Assembly: GCA_963737655.1 (NCBI GenBank)
Contig: CAVTTN010000002.1
Location: forward strand, 6,048,001 to 6,112,000
From: an uncultured Planctomycetota bacterium
GTDB taxonomy: Bacteria; Planctomycetota; Planctomycetia; Isosphaerales; Isosphaeraceae
Direction: 5' to 3'
DNA length: 64,000 nt
Below the pieces are notes generated by a model. It made no database searches, had not been told where the DNA came from, and was given only the letters and a program-made list of their open reading frames with translations. A program made the position numbers and the translations under genes. Of the stretch, positions 41,201 through 50,505 are shown piece after piece (positions within the stretch are counted from its first letter, which is position 1; each line of letters opens with the position of its first letter).

Positions 41201-44200
41201 GAACCTCGATTACGAGGTCACGGTCCGGGGGGACGGCGACGTGGTCAGCACGGCCAAAGCCCGAGGGTTCGACATTTCTCGGCGCTCTTACGACTTGCTC
41301 GATCCCGCCGGCCGGGCGATTTTCGTCGTCGATCCCGATTCCTCGGATAACCGGCCTCTGATGCTCGTCGGCAACGCGCCGGGGCGACGGGACGGGGCGA
41401 GGCGCATCGAAAAGGGCCGGGATTCCGTGGTCCTGGCGGCGACCGGCGACGCGGTCCGCGCCTCGGCCGAGGTCCGGCTCGCGGGCCCCGGCGAAGCGGC
41501 CGAAATCTGGACGATCGCGATCGAGAACCTCTCCGATTCGCCGAAGACGCTGAAGGTCGTCGCCTACCTCGAATGGGTGCTCAACCGGGCCGACGCCGAC
41601 CGCGGCCACACGCAGTACAACCGGCTGTTCGCCGAGGTCGAGTACGTCTCGGCCCTCCGCGCGGTCCTCGCCTGGGACAAGCACGCCAAGGCGATGGGCG
41701 TCCTCGCCGCCGACGTCCCGCCCGACGGGTTCCTCTCGGCCCGGGTCGATTTCCTCGGCCGAGGCCGCGTCCTCGCCGACCCCCGGGCCCTCGAAACGTT
41801 CGAGTTCTTCGACGCCGTCGATACCGACGCCCACCCCACGCTCGACCCGATCGCCGCCCTCCTGCTCAACGTGAATCTCCCGCCTCGCGGGACGACGACG
41901 ATGCGTCTCCTGATCGGCATGACGGGCGACAAACGGGCGGCCATCGACCTGATCGCGAAGCACCTGGACCCGCCCGGCGCCCGCAACGTCTCCGACTCGC
42001 GGACGAAAAAGGAATCCCACCCGATCCGCCACGGAGAAATCCCCCCCGGGACGCCCGACCCTTACGTCGAGTTCTCCGACGACGGCCGGAAAATGCTCGT
42101 CCGAACCCCGTTCACCCCCCGGCCGTTCGACCACACCCTTTCCAACGCCCTCGGGCATGTCGTGTCGGTCACGAATCGCGGTTTGAACACGTCGTCGAGC
42201 GTGAACGCGCAGCAGAACCGGCTGACCCCCGACTGGCCCGACATCGTGACCCGCGAAGTCCCTCCCGAGGCGTTCTACCTGCACGACCCGGCCTCGGGCG
42301 AGTGGTTCTCGCCGACCTATCACCCCCTGAACGACGCGGAGGCCGAGAACGAGGCCGAATTCGGCGTCGATGGCACGGCCGTCTTCCGGATGACGAAGGG
42401 GGACATCGACACGGAATTGACCGTGTTCGTCCCGCCCGACGACCCTCTGGGCGTGTATCTCCTGACGATCCGCAACCGGGGCGACCGGGAGCGTTCGCTC
42501 CGGGTGGCCTCGTACTTCCAGATGGTCCTGGCCGGCCAGCCGGAATTCTCGGGGCCGTTGCAGACCGGCGGCGATGACGTGCTGGATCTCACATTCGTCA
42601 ACCCGAGGAACACGTATCGGACGGGCCCGGCGTTCGTCGCGATGAGGGGGCCGAGGGCGGAGGCGGTCGCCACGTCGCGGGGCCGGTTCTTCGGCCCGGA
42701 TCGCGACCTCGCCCACCCGGCGATGGTGGCCGCCGGCAAGCCGTCCGAGAGCGATTCCGGCGACGACCGGCCCGTGGCCGCGATGCTCGCCTCGGTGATC
42801 ATCCCGGCTCGCGGGGAGGAGACGCTCGTGGTCCTCCTCGGTCAGGCCGACGACCGCGACCGGGCCCGCCAGGCCGTCCGCAAGTACGGCGACGAAGCCT
42901 CGGCCCGCGCCGGCCTGGAGGCGACGAAGACCTGGTGGCTCGGCCTGATGGAGACGCTCTCGGTCCGCACCGAATCGCCCGAGTTCGACCGCTATCTCGA
43001 CTGGCTGAAATACCAGGCCCTGGCCGAGCGGATCTGGGCCCGCCGGGGGTTCTACCAGGCGAGCGGGGCGTTCGGCTTCCGCGACCAGTTGCAGGACTCG
43101 GTCAACCTGATCTGGATGGACCCGAGCCTCGCCCGCAAGCAGATCCTCCTGAACGCGGCCCAGCAGTTTTTGGAAGGGGACGTGGTCCACTGGTTCCACC
43201 TCCTCCAGGACGGCAGGACCGGCTTCGTCGGCCGGACGCACGCCTCGGACAACCTCCTCTGGCTCTCCTGGGCCGTGGTGGAATATGTGGACGCGACCGG
43301 CGATGAGTCGTTGCTGGCCGAACGGGTCACGTACCTCGAATCCGACCTCCCGTTCGAGCCCCTGCCGGCCGGCAAGGGCGGGATGGGGTTCGACCCCCTG
43401 CGATCGAGCCGCGAGGACTCGATCTATCGGCATGCGATGAAGTCCATCGACCTGGTCCTCGACCGTCGGATGGGCGTCCACGGCCTGCCGCTGATGGGCA
43501 CCGGCGACTGGAACGACGGCCTCGACGAGATCGGCTCCGAGGGGAAAGGAGAGAGCGTCTGGCTCGGCTTTTTCCTCTATTATCTCCTCGATCGGATGGT
43601 CCCGATCACCGAAACGATCGACGGGCCCGAGCGACGCGCCTACTACGCCGGCCGGCTCGCGTCGCTCAAGGACGCCCTCGAATCGACCTGGCGGGGCGAC
43701 CGCTACCTGCGGGCCTTCCACGACGACGGCACGGAGATCGGCGTGAAGGGCAGCGGGATCTGGGAGATCGACGCGCTCACGGCGGGCTGGGCGGTGATGT
43801 CGGGCATCAATCCCGGTCGCGGCCGGACGGTCTTCGAGACGGCCCTGGCGACCCTGGAGACCGACAAGACCATCCTCCTGGGCTGGCCGCCGCTGCGCGA
43901 GGACTCGACGCCGTATCTCGGCCGGAGCAGCGGGTATCCCGAGGGGGTCCGCGAGAACGGGATGTACTGTCACGGGGTCCAGTGGCTCGTCGGGGCCGCG
44001 CGAATCCTCGCGAAGCAGGCCTGGCGCGAGGGCCGCGAGGACGACGCCCGCCGGTTCGTCGAGACGGCCGGTCGGCTCTGGCGAAAGATCGCGGCGATCT
44101 CTCACGCCATCCCCGGAGAGATCGAGACCTATGGCGGCCAACCGAACCAGCAAGCGGCCGACATGGTCACCACCTTCGAGCCCGGCCGGATGATCTGGAA

Positions 44201-44396
44201 CGGCTACACCGGCGCGGCCGGCTGGATGTTCCGCCAGGCGATCGAAGGGGTGCTCGGCCTCAGGCTGATCCGAGGCGAAGTCCTCCCGCCCGACGGCCCC
44301 GGGGCGCCGGCCGAGCTCGAACCGGCGAGCGTCTCGCGCGACGTGGGGCCGGCCCCCCGGCGCCCCGTCGGGCGGGCGAAGCCCACCGTTGTCTAG
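38295..44396 (+). CDS. Large membrane protein with C-terminal GH94 phosphorylase module (cyclic beta-1,2-glucan synthase C-terminal-like)
   Basis: Signal peptide, a soluble domain, a long polytopic TM region, then QQNRLTPDW, GFYQASGAFGFRDQLQD, GTGDWNDG, GVRENGMYCH and GYTGAAGW. Confidence 0.88.
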   Translation: MVEESKVGRRPVAWLVPLSLVLLLLLAGRIAPASGQEVRLTDAAERGTFNVGPARAEVQPSTDPKAGALLRFDFTIPQGAAAGVWTKKFPEAMREGEIDVVRPAARSADPAGLRDVGVTLEIKGSAGVQRIPIELHHDWASAERSVDWKAIGSVSEVVVSVARIGDGPPATGTIDLDIRFERLPFFQRLAAYRTARFGGVLLVGLLLAALGARPLPKGALAPGGFLRDAVLGVGAVGVAAVVVGVYALGSKGPMEVGWHPLVFAGAGAALAAWWTFALCGRGPTRGEIFRDALATGLLAASSSPSAILQPPAEWSDLFALSAFVAAAAVGLYHVAKAVRLATAGKSLGWIAGGLIVGTPYAVGSLTLLESAGLIHGLGDLLGGKAFASRPEIAESLGRVAVLFAFNELVANALGLATKRTPLKGWKGHLAMLSVAIAAVAGPWIAAMGSGEAVASWPPVARAVAVVAATIFSQAGLWAEGYLLTGFLLDALAGRPPTADSSLSHPILGARKGMVYSGTFMALLSVIALLADWRAVQWLARSAPLVLGLIGGAVAFPLGKAIIETFDGSQAFFRRVGNAYRDPMLYARGAIVGAGLAYGLSRGLPGEAMSWRIEFGFAVGLLAFAGVNLLRDGIGASTGRYRVQPVRSYVVLGLLGGFIGAAIGFYLDSVQVAVVVSKFHEYVDPGQAPRIFDDRILLSKWGLFNLGTQAGGPSLLFDEALAGVITWSIPSWLFAINRTFLAAYFDREAGPIKALFTRAGLLQLVENMIGVLRWGLWMSPIIKSFLRPMGDPTWYNQDGAIRTVVATVHDLTSSPQEFRAWSLGVFISLLAYDSVRILIWLDHFGLRVSTLVNLSFLGMDRLDRRLARFLAPESTSRCIPEGVKRFTTWAPLLIPFYIPRGKDWDTAWSQAETLRSRSGPGPLAEFAAMPVGEQVAIVLGAVLGASAVFAVVRLLRSRSEGRRSPAFAVSNLDYEVTVRGDGDVVSTAKARGFDISRRSYDLLDPAGRAIFVVDPDSSDNRPLMLVGNAPGRRDGARRIEKGRDSVVLAATGDAVRASAEVRLAGPGEAAEIWTIAIENLSDSPKTLKVVAYLEWVLNRADADRGHTQYNRLFAEVEYVSALRAVLAWDKHAKAMGVLAADVPPDGFLSARVDFLGRGRVLADPRALETFEFFDAVDTDAHPTLDPIAALLLNVNLPPRGTTTMRLLIGMTGDKRAAIDLIAKHLDPPGARNVSDSRTKKESHPIRHGEIPPGTPDPYVEFSDDGRKMLVRTPFTPRPFDHTLSNALGHVVSVTNRGLNTSSSVNAQQNRLTPDWPDIVTREVPPEAFYLHDPASGEWFSPTYHPLNDAEAENEAEFGVDGTAVFRMTKGDIDTELTVFVPPDDPLGVYLLTIRNRGDRERSLRVASYFQMVLAGQPEFSGPLQTGGDDVLDLTFVNPRNTYRTGPAFVAMRGPRAEAVATSRGRFFGPDRDLAHPAMVAAGKPSESDSGDDRPVAAMLASVIIPARGEETLVVLLGQADDRDRARQAVRKYGDEASARAGLEATKTWWLGLMETLSVRTESPEFDRYLDWLKYQALAERIWARRGFYQASGAFGFRDQLQDSVNLIWMDPSLARKQILLNAAQQFLEGDVVHWFHLLQDGRTGFVGRTHASDNLLWLSWAVVEYVDATGDESLLAERVTYLESDLPFEPLPAGKGGMGFDPLRSSREDSIYRHAMKSIDLVLDRRMGVHGLPLMGTGDWNDGLDEIGSEGKGESVWLGFFLYYLLDRMVPITETIDGPERRAYYAGRLASLKDALESTWRGDRYLRAFHDDGTEIGVKGSGIWEIDALTAGWAVMSGINPGRGRTVFETALATLETDKTILLGWPPLREDSTPYLGRSSGYPEGVRENGMYCHGVQWLVGAARILAKQAWREGREDDARRFVETAGRLWRKIAAISHAIPGEIETYGGQPNQQAADMVTTFEPGRMIWNGYTGAAGWMFRQAIEGVLGLRLIRGEVLPPDGPGAPAELEPASVSRDVGPAPRRPVGRAKPTVV

Positions 44397-44465
44397 GGCG
44401 GGCGAGGCCCGCCAACCCCGAAGCGGCCGACGGCCGTCCACCCATCGCGAGCGAGGACCGATCTC

Positions 44466-46586
44466 ATGGCCACGACCTCCGGGCGAGCTTCCAGCGACGA
44501 GCCGAAATCGGGGCCTCGGGGCGTCCGGGCGAGGCTGGCCGCCGCCTTCGCGGCCCTCCTCGCCGGGGCGGGGCTCGCCCGAGGCGACGACGCCCCCGCC
44601 GTCCCCGCCGAGAATCGACACACCCGGGCCCTCCTGGAGAACTCGCTCCGCTACCTCGCCCCCGCCAACAAGATGATCGACCCCGCCTCGGGCTACCCGT
44701 TCGAGGGCTGGAACCAGGACCCCTCGCGAGGCCTCTACCTCCGGTCGTTCACCCAGCTCACGGCCATCGGCAAGCACATGGAGCTCCTCGCCGACGCCGT
44801 CGCCGGCCGCGTCCACTCGCCCGATTTGACCAAGGACCAGGCCCTCGACGGGCTCGCCCTCCTCGTCAAGTCGCTCCGGCACGACCAGCAAGACCCGACC
44901 CTCGGCGCCGGCGGCCTCCTCGTCAACTTCCTCGACCTCGCCACCGGCAAGAGGCTCGGCCCGCTCGGCTCGGACGTCGAGAAGAAGGCGATCGTCGCGG
45001 CCTTCGGACCCGACAAGGGAGGCGCGATCTGGAAGGCCCTGGCCGAGGCCGGCTGGATCGCCCCGAGGAACCAGGACGCCGAGGCCGCGATCCATCGATC
45101 CGAAAAATATGGATACGAACATTTTGAGGGGCCGCTCGCCCCGTTCCAGGACGACCCCACGAGGCAGAAGCTCATGGCGATCCTCGATCGCCGGGTCGTC
45201 CTGGTGATCTTCGGCGACAACGCGAACCTCTCCGCCTCCGTGGCCAAGACGATCGGCGCCCTGCTCTCGCCCGAGATCGCGAACCGGCCGGACGTCGTGG
45301 CGATCCGCAAGGACCTGGAGTCATTCCTCGATGACCAGAAGGCCGGCTACGCCAGGCTCTATGACCCCAAGATCGGCCTGTTCTACTTCGGCTGGGACGC
45401 CACCCACGACCGCCTCTTCGGCTGGCTCGACGCCCAGGGAAACTGGACCACCGGCCACATGGATTATTTCGTCAACGAGTTCCGAGGGCCCGCGATCTTC
45501 ATCGCCGCGAGGTACGGCCTGCCCGCCGACGCCATCCGCAACCTCGGCTTCAAGATCAAGCCGTACCGGAAGCTGGATGGACGGACGACCTACGCCCTGG
45601 CCCCGTGGGACGGCTCCGCCTTCCAGGCGATGGGCCTCGGCATCGTCCTCCGAGAGCTCGAATATCCGACCTGGAAGGAGTTGCTCACCGACGTCGTCGC
45701 GATCGAGACCGATTTCGCCGCCGTCCACAGGCTCCCGGGGTTCCTCTCGGAGTCGTACACCGGCGACGGCACGACCTATACTGGCGCGGTCGGCATCCCC
45801 GAGATCACGGTCAACCCCAAACCCCGGATCACCGACGCCGCCTCGCTCTACACCCTCGGGGTGGCCTCAACCATCGCCCCGGACGAGGTCGAGCGGTTCC
45901 TCGCCGAGAACTGGCCGGTCGTCGCCAGCCTCCTGACCGATCACGGCCCGTGGGAAGGGTTTAATATCAAGAAGAATGAGATCGTCCGGTTCCAGACGAC
46001 GGCCCACACGCTCTCGCTGATCTCCGGGATCCTCGCCACCGGGCCCGAGAACTTCGCCCGGTACGCCGACCACGCCGGGATCGCCGACCGCCTCGCCGCC
46101 TTCTTCCCGACCGGCGAAAAAGCCAACCTCCTGGCCGACGACGTGCCGTTCTACGCCTGGTCGGACAAGGAAGGAGGCGTGAAATCCTCCCGAGAAAACG
46201 GCGCGGTCCTGATCCGGGCCGAGTCGGCCACCCGGATCGGGGTGGCGTTCGTGCCCCGGTCGAAGGACGGAGTCAGCCCGTCCGGCGGCCACCTGATCCT
46301 GCGCTACCGATGCCCCGAGGCGATCGGCCCGGTGACGATCCAGCTCAAGGCGGGGAACGAGTCGGCCTCGGGGCTGATCCCCAAGGAGATCACGGTCCGG
46401 CTCGTCGCAACCGGCGGAAAAGACGGGGAAATCCACGTCCCCCTGCCGAATTCGGTGGGCCTGATGAACCTCAAAGAAGTCGTCCTGACCCACGAAACCG
46501 GAGGCCCCGCCCGACCCATCGACCTGACCATCACCCACTTCGAGTTCCGCCCGGCCGAGAAGCCCGCCGGCAACGATCGCCGATAG
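44466..46586 (+). CDS. Secreted (alpha/alpha)6 glycoside hydrolase-like protein (GH144/GH189/DUF3131-like)
   Basis: Signal peptide (LAAAFAALLAGAGLARG). TQLTAIG, PWDGSAFQAMG and GFLSESY echo the TSPTNIG, SWSGSMFEY and WGISES motifs of the Cgs glucoamylase-like domain. The family call is inferred. Confidence 0.6.
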   Translation: MATTSGRASSDEPKSGPRGVRARLAAAFAALLAGAGLARGDDAPAVPAENRHTRALLENSLRYLAPANKMIDPASGYPFEGWNQDPSRGLYLRSFTQLTAIGKHMELLADAVAGRVHSPDLTKDQALDGLALLVKSLRHDQQDPTLGAGGLLVNFLDLATGKRLGPLGSDVEKKAIVAAFGPDKGGAIWKALAEAGWIAPRNQDAEAAIHRSEKYGYEHFEGPLAPFQDDPTRQKLMAILDRRVVLVIFGDNANLSASVAKTIGALLSPEIANRPDVVAIRKDLESFLDDQKAGYARLYDPKIGLFYFGWDATHDRLFGWLDAQGNWTTGHMDYFVNEFRGPAIFIAARYGLPADAIRNLGFKIKPYRKLDGRTTYALAPWDGSAFQAMGLGIVLRELEYPTWKELLTDVVAIETDFAAVHRLPGFLSESYTGDGTTYTGAVGIPEITVNPKPRITDAASLYTLGVASTIAPDEVERFLAENWPVVASLLTDHGPWEGFNIKKNEIVRFQTTAHTLSLISGILATGPENFARYADHAGIADRLAAFFPTGEKANLLADDVPFYAWSDKEGGVKSSRENGAVLIRAESATRIGVAFVPRSKDGVSPSGGHLILRYRCPEAIGPVTIQLKAGNESASGLIPKEITVRLVATGGKDGEIHVPLPNSVGLMNLKEVVLTHETGGPARPIDLTITHFEFRPAEKPAGNDRR

Positions 46587-46811
46587 CAACAAGTGCAAAT
46601 GCCATCGACCACCAAGGCCCCCAAAGGCAAGCCTCGGGCCCACGCCCCCCAAGAGCCTCCGATCGCAAACCGAAGGGCGGATCACGGCAAGACCCCGAAC
46701 CAGACCCACCCAGGGGCCGGAACCCCCGGCCCCAGGCACGAGGCGGGGAAAAGGGGTCAGGAGGGGCTCTGTAGAAAACTAGGCCGCGGCGGCCAAGATC
46801 AGGACGTTGGA

Positions 46812-47014
46812 GGCGGAAAAAGGGACGGAAGACGGGCGGAAAAAGGGACGGACGGGCGGAAAAAGGGACGACGGGCGGAAAAAGGGACGGAGGAAATATT
46901 CGAAAACCAGTGAGATGAGATATGGTACGAAGGACGGGGTCCGAATATTTCATATTTCCTCCGTCCCCTTTTCCGCCCCCGTCCCCTTTTCCGCCCCCCG
47001 TCCCCTTTTCCGCC
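46812..47014. repeat. Tandem-plus-inverted REP-like array
   Basis: Four copies of GGCGGAAAAAGGGACG (46812, 46835, 46855, 46874) face three inverted copies of CGTCCCCTTTTCCGCC (~46962, 46980, 46999). The inner arms extend as GAGGAAATAT/ATATTTCCTC. Confidence 0.9.
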
Positions 47015-47031
47015 CCCTTTTAACTGAAGCA

Positions 47032-47257
47032 CCGACCGGCTGGAAGCCGGTGGGTTCAACAGTCGGCTACAAGCCCGACCAAAGCCCGGACCAGAGATCC
47101 GATCCCCAACCCTTCACGACCGCTCACCGCCCAAGACCTCATCGCCTTCCGACGACTTCGGACCGTGACCACCGGACGCACTGAAGTGGTCGCCTGAAGG
47201 CGAGGGATTTTAGATCCCAGGGTGGGACATCGAACCCACCGTCTTCAGGCCGGTCGG
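47032..47257. mobile_element. Small non-coding element bounded by inverted hairpins (IS200/IS605-end or REPIN/PATE-like)
   Basis: CCGACCGGCTGGAAGCCGGTGGGTTC (47032-47057) and GAACCCACCGTCTTCAGGCCGGTCGG (47232-47257) are inverted near-copies (23/26), and each is itself an imperfect hairpin. Confidence 0.6.
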
Positions 47258-47262
47258 CGGGT

Positions 47263-48522
47263 TCATTTCTTCGAGTCTCCAACAATCCCGGGATCGAGGT
47301 GGCTGGCCTGTCGGAGGTCGGAGTCCGCGCGCTCTTGTCCCCCTGGGCCCGGAGGACGGTCGAGCGAGCGTAGTACGCCGGGGCGCACTTCGGGTTGAGG
47401 CGGATCGCCTCGTCCAGGTCCGCCAGGGCGTGGCCCCACCGGGATCGCGAGGCCAGGATCTTGCCGCGCTCGAGATATGCGTCCCACAGGGTCGGGTCGA
47501 GCTGGAGGGCCTGGGTGAGCGAGACGATCGCGTCGTCCTGGGAGCCGCATCGCGCCGAATTCGACCCCGAGCCCGTGATGATGCGTGGCGACCAGCGGCT
47601 TCAGCTCGGCCGCCCGTCGATAGTCCTCGGAGGCCCCGCGGTGGTCCCCGGCCGCCGCCCGTGCCCTCCCCCGGCAGCCGTGAGACCGGTCGTCGTCATC
47701 CGCCAGCTCGATCGAGCGGTCGAGATCGGCGATCGAGCGGGCGGTCTCGCCGAGCAGGAAGTACGCGTCCCCGCGGCTCCGCAGCGCCTCGGCGTCCTTG
47801 GGGTCGAGTCGAATGGCCTCCGAATAGTCGTCGATGGCGCGGCGGTAATCCTTCTGCTTGAGGGAGATGTCACCGCGGACCCGGCGGGCGAAGCCCAAGA
47901 TGTCGTCGCCCGGCCCGGCCATGAGTCGGATCGCCTGGTCGAGGTCGGCCCGGGCTCCGGCGAGGTCTCCCGTCTCGGACCGGGCCTCACCCCGGCAGAT
48001 GTAGGCCTTTGCGTAGTCGGGCTGGAGTCGGAGGGCCTCGGAGAAGTCGGCGATGGCCTGCGCCCATGCCTGCTGGGCAAGACGTCCCAGGCCCCGTCTC
48101 AAGCGGTAGCTTTGGTTATTCGGGGCGATCTCGACGGCCCGATCGTAATCGGCCATCGCCTTGTCCAACTGACCTCTCGCCTGCAGGACCATCCCCCTCG
48201 TGGAATGAGCCTCGGGGTAGGCTTCATCGATGCTGATGGCCCGGCCCAGGTCGACCAGGGCGGCGTCGGAATACTTGAGGTAAAAGAATGCGGTCCCCCG
48301 TGCGAAGTAGGCGTTGGGGGATTCCGGCCTGAGTTTGATGGAGCGCGTGAGCAGGAGGACGGCCTTCTCAAATTCGCGGGCACGAATCGCATCGGTCCCC
48401 TGCTCCAGGAGCTGGATCGCGGAAGCGGAGCCATCCGTGGCGGGGCTTCCCTGCTGCGGGACGCCGCACAGCAAGCACAGCAGCACTAGCTGGCACATCG
48501 GTCTCACTCCATGGGTCTTCAT
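47263..48522 (-). CDS. Exported TPR protein; two compensating apparent frameshifts near 47547 and 47340 (start 48522 or 48498)
   Basis: Repeated A-x-RG...A-x-D-x-x-x-AI-x-L-x-P TPR units and a hydrophobic N-terminus. The TPR pattern continues in another frame between the two shifts. Confidence 0.85.
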   Translation of the reverse strand: MKTHGVRPMCQLVLLCLLCGVPQQGSPATDGSASAIQLLEQGTDAIRAREFEKAVLLLTRSIKLRPESPNAYFARGTAFFYLKYSDAALVDLGRAISIDEAYPEAHSTRGMVLQARGQLDKAMADYDRAVEIAPNNQSYRLRRGLGRLAQQAWAQAIADFSEALRLQPDYAKAYICRGEARSETGDLAGARADLDQAIRLMAGPGDDILGFARRVRGDISLKQKDYRRAIDDYSEAIRLDPKDAEALRSRGDAYFLLGETARSIADLDRSIELADDDDRSHGCRGRARAAAGDHRGASEDYRRAAELKPLVATHHHGLGVEFGAMRLPGRRDRLAHPGPPARPDPVGRISRARQDPGLAIPVGPRPGGPGRGDPPQPEVRPGVLRSLDRPPGPGGQERADSDLRQASHLDPGIVGDSKK

Positions 48523-48619
48523 CCATCGTGCGAAGGCCGTCTGGCGGCGCGATAGCTACCAAAATCGGCGAGAAGCGACGAGACCAAATTCCGATTCGAT
48601 CGGCCCGGGCATTAAGCGA

Positions 48620-49519
48620 CCAGTTCCAATCCTGCTACATCGCCGTGGCGGCGGCCGGCAAGCAGGCCGACCGCATCGCTTGGCGTCTCCTGATCGATGT
48701 AGTCCGCCCGCTGCTCAAGGGGGCTACGCGGCTGACCCTCGCCCTGGACGACACCCCGACGAAGTGGTGGCTGACGGGGCGTATGCCAAGAAGGACTTCC
48801 TGAAGCCGGCGGCGGCTCTGGGGATGACGGTCGTCAGCCGGCTCCGCAAGGACGCAGCCCTTCGGGCGGTTCCTGGCCCCCGCCCGGCGGGGAAGCGAGG
48901 CCGGCCGCGAACCTATGGCCCGGACAAGATCGACCTGGCCAAGCGGGCCGGTCAGAAACGAGGCCGGTCCTCCGAGACGCTTACCCTGTACGGGGTCGCC
49001 TCGGTCAAGAAGTACAAGACGTTCCTGGCGACCTGGCGTCCGTCCGGTGGCGTGATCCGGGTGGTGCTGGTCGATGAGTCGACCGGCTGGCGGGCCTACT
49101 TCTGCACCGACACCTCGGCGAGCGTGGCCGATATCCTGGGGATGGTCGCGGACCGCTTCAGCCTGGAGATCACCTTCCGCGAGTGCAAGCAGGTCGTGGG
49201 TGCCGGCCAGCAGCAGGTGCGATTTCTGTGGGCGAACGTCGGGGCGTTTCACATCTGCCTGTGGACGTACACGATGACCGAGGCGTGGGCCTGGGTCCGG
49301 AAGAGCGAGGAGTTGGTGGACCGCTCGGCCTCGCCGTGGGATAAGGCATCACGCCGCCCGAGCCATGCGGACAAGCGGCGGGCGTGGCGCCGTGCGCTGC
49401 TGGCTGAGGAGATTCGTGCGGTTGTAAGCCCGAGGGCTACCGAGGCGGAAATTCAGGCCATGGCCGAAAGGCTGCTCAGCCTGGCCGCATGACATGCATG
49501 ATCTCCCTGAAAGTACAGT
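48620..49519 (+). pseudogene. IS701-family DDE transposase remnant, 5'-truncated with an internal deletion
   Basis: LTLALDDTPTK is joined out of frame, near 48764, directly to VVADGAYAK...VVSRLRKDAAL...DRFSLEITFRECKQVVGAGQQQVR...PSHADKRRA. The probable right end is ...GAAAGTACAG at ~49518. Confidence 0.85.
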
Positions 49520-49533
49520 CCGAAAGCAAGGCG

Positions 49534-50214
49534 TCAGGAACGACGCCGGGAGCGGGCGCGGGCGGCGAGGGTCAGACCGATCGCTCCCAGGGCGAGCGAC
49601 GACGGCTCGGGCACCGAGCGGAGGCGGAGGGTGTCGATCGTGCCGCCGATGTTGAATTCGTTCACGCCCAGGAGGTTTTCCGAGAACACCAGGTTATGGA
49701 TCGGGAACTTCGACAGGTCGAGGGTCAGCCCCTGGAGCGCGTCGGACGTGAGTGCGGTCGGCGGGTTGCCGAAATCGGTGAGGGAGATCTCAAGGTTTGC
49801 GGAACTCGTGAACGGCCCCGTCGATCGGAGATTCTCCACCGACGCGGCGAAGGAATCGACCGACTGGGCGCCCGCCGAGACGTGGTAATCGACGCCGATG
49901 TACCTCGTTACGGAACCGCCCGAGATCAGCGACGCGACCGTGAGGTCGGAGTAATCGCTCGGGAACTTCACGTCGATCGATTGCAGGGCACCGTTGTAGA
50001 ACCCGTAGTTCGGCGACGGATTGGTGATCGGCGACGACTCGTCGTAGGTGAAGCTCCCGGTGAACTTGTCGCCGACGGCGGTGGGAACCTGAATCGCGTT
50101 GATCCCGGTGAACTGGGTGACGGTCCCGGTGAAGTCGTAGGTGACGAGGTCGGCACTTGCCGGCGAGGCGAGCGCGAGGCAGACGGCGAGCGCGGCTAGC
50201 GGGTGTCGTATCAT
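49534..50214 (-). CDS. PEP-CTERM sorting domain protein
   Basis: Signal peptide MIRHPLAALAVCLALASPASA; C-terminal VPEPSSLALGAIGLTLAARARSRRRS. Confidence 0.93.
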   Translation of the reverse strand: MIRHPLAALAVCLALASPASADLVTYDFTGTVTQFTGINAIQVPTAVGDKFTGSFTYDESSPITNPSPNYGFYNGALQSIDVKFPSDYSDLTVASLISGGSVTRYIGVDYHVSAGAQSVDSFAASVENLRSTGPFTSSANLEISLTDFGNPPTALTSDALQGLTLDLSKFPIHNLVFSENLLGVNEFNIGGTIDTLRLRSVPEPSSLALGAIGLTLAARARSRRRS

Positions 50215-50392
50215 GGTGCGGATTCCTCGGGAAAAGAGTGGGAAATGTTCCGAATTGCACGTATGCTCATTATTGACGAGACCGACGACCGAACCAGGAA
50301 AGGGGACATCACTCATGAAGTCCACGATCGCCCTTCTTGCCCAAGCTCGGCAATAATTCGTTATGTCCTGCTCTGTCGAGAAGCTGACATCG

Positions 50393-50421
50393 CTCGCTCC
50401 CACGCCGAGCCTGGGAACGAG
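50393..50421. repeat. Degenerate REP-like hairpin
   Basis: CTCGCTCCCACGCCGAGCCTGGGAACGAG is an imperfect palindrome (CTCG-TCCCA...TGGGA-CGAG) between the two PEP-CTERM genes. Confidence 0.55.
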
Positions 50422-50505
50422 GGTTGTTTCGGAGTATCTCGACGGAGCGGTCATGTCCCCTTTCCTCGTTCCGTGCCGGATTGGGGTCGGATGTCGAGGG
50501 TGGGA

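Noticed and set aside
46812..47014. Possible CRISPR array
   Set aside because: The repeats are 16 nt with 3-7 nt spacers and inverted copies. There are no unique ~30-nt spacers and no cas genes.
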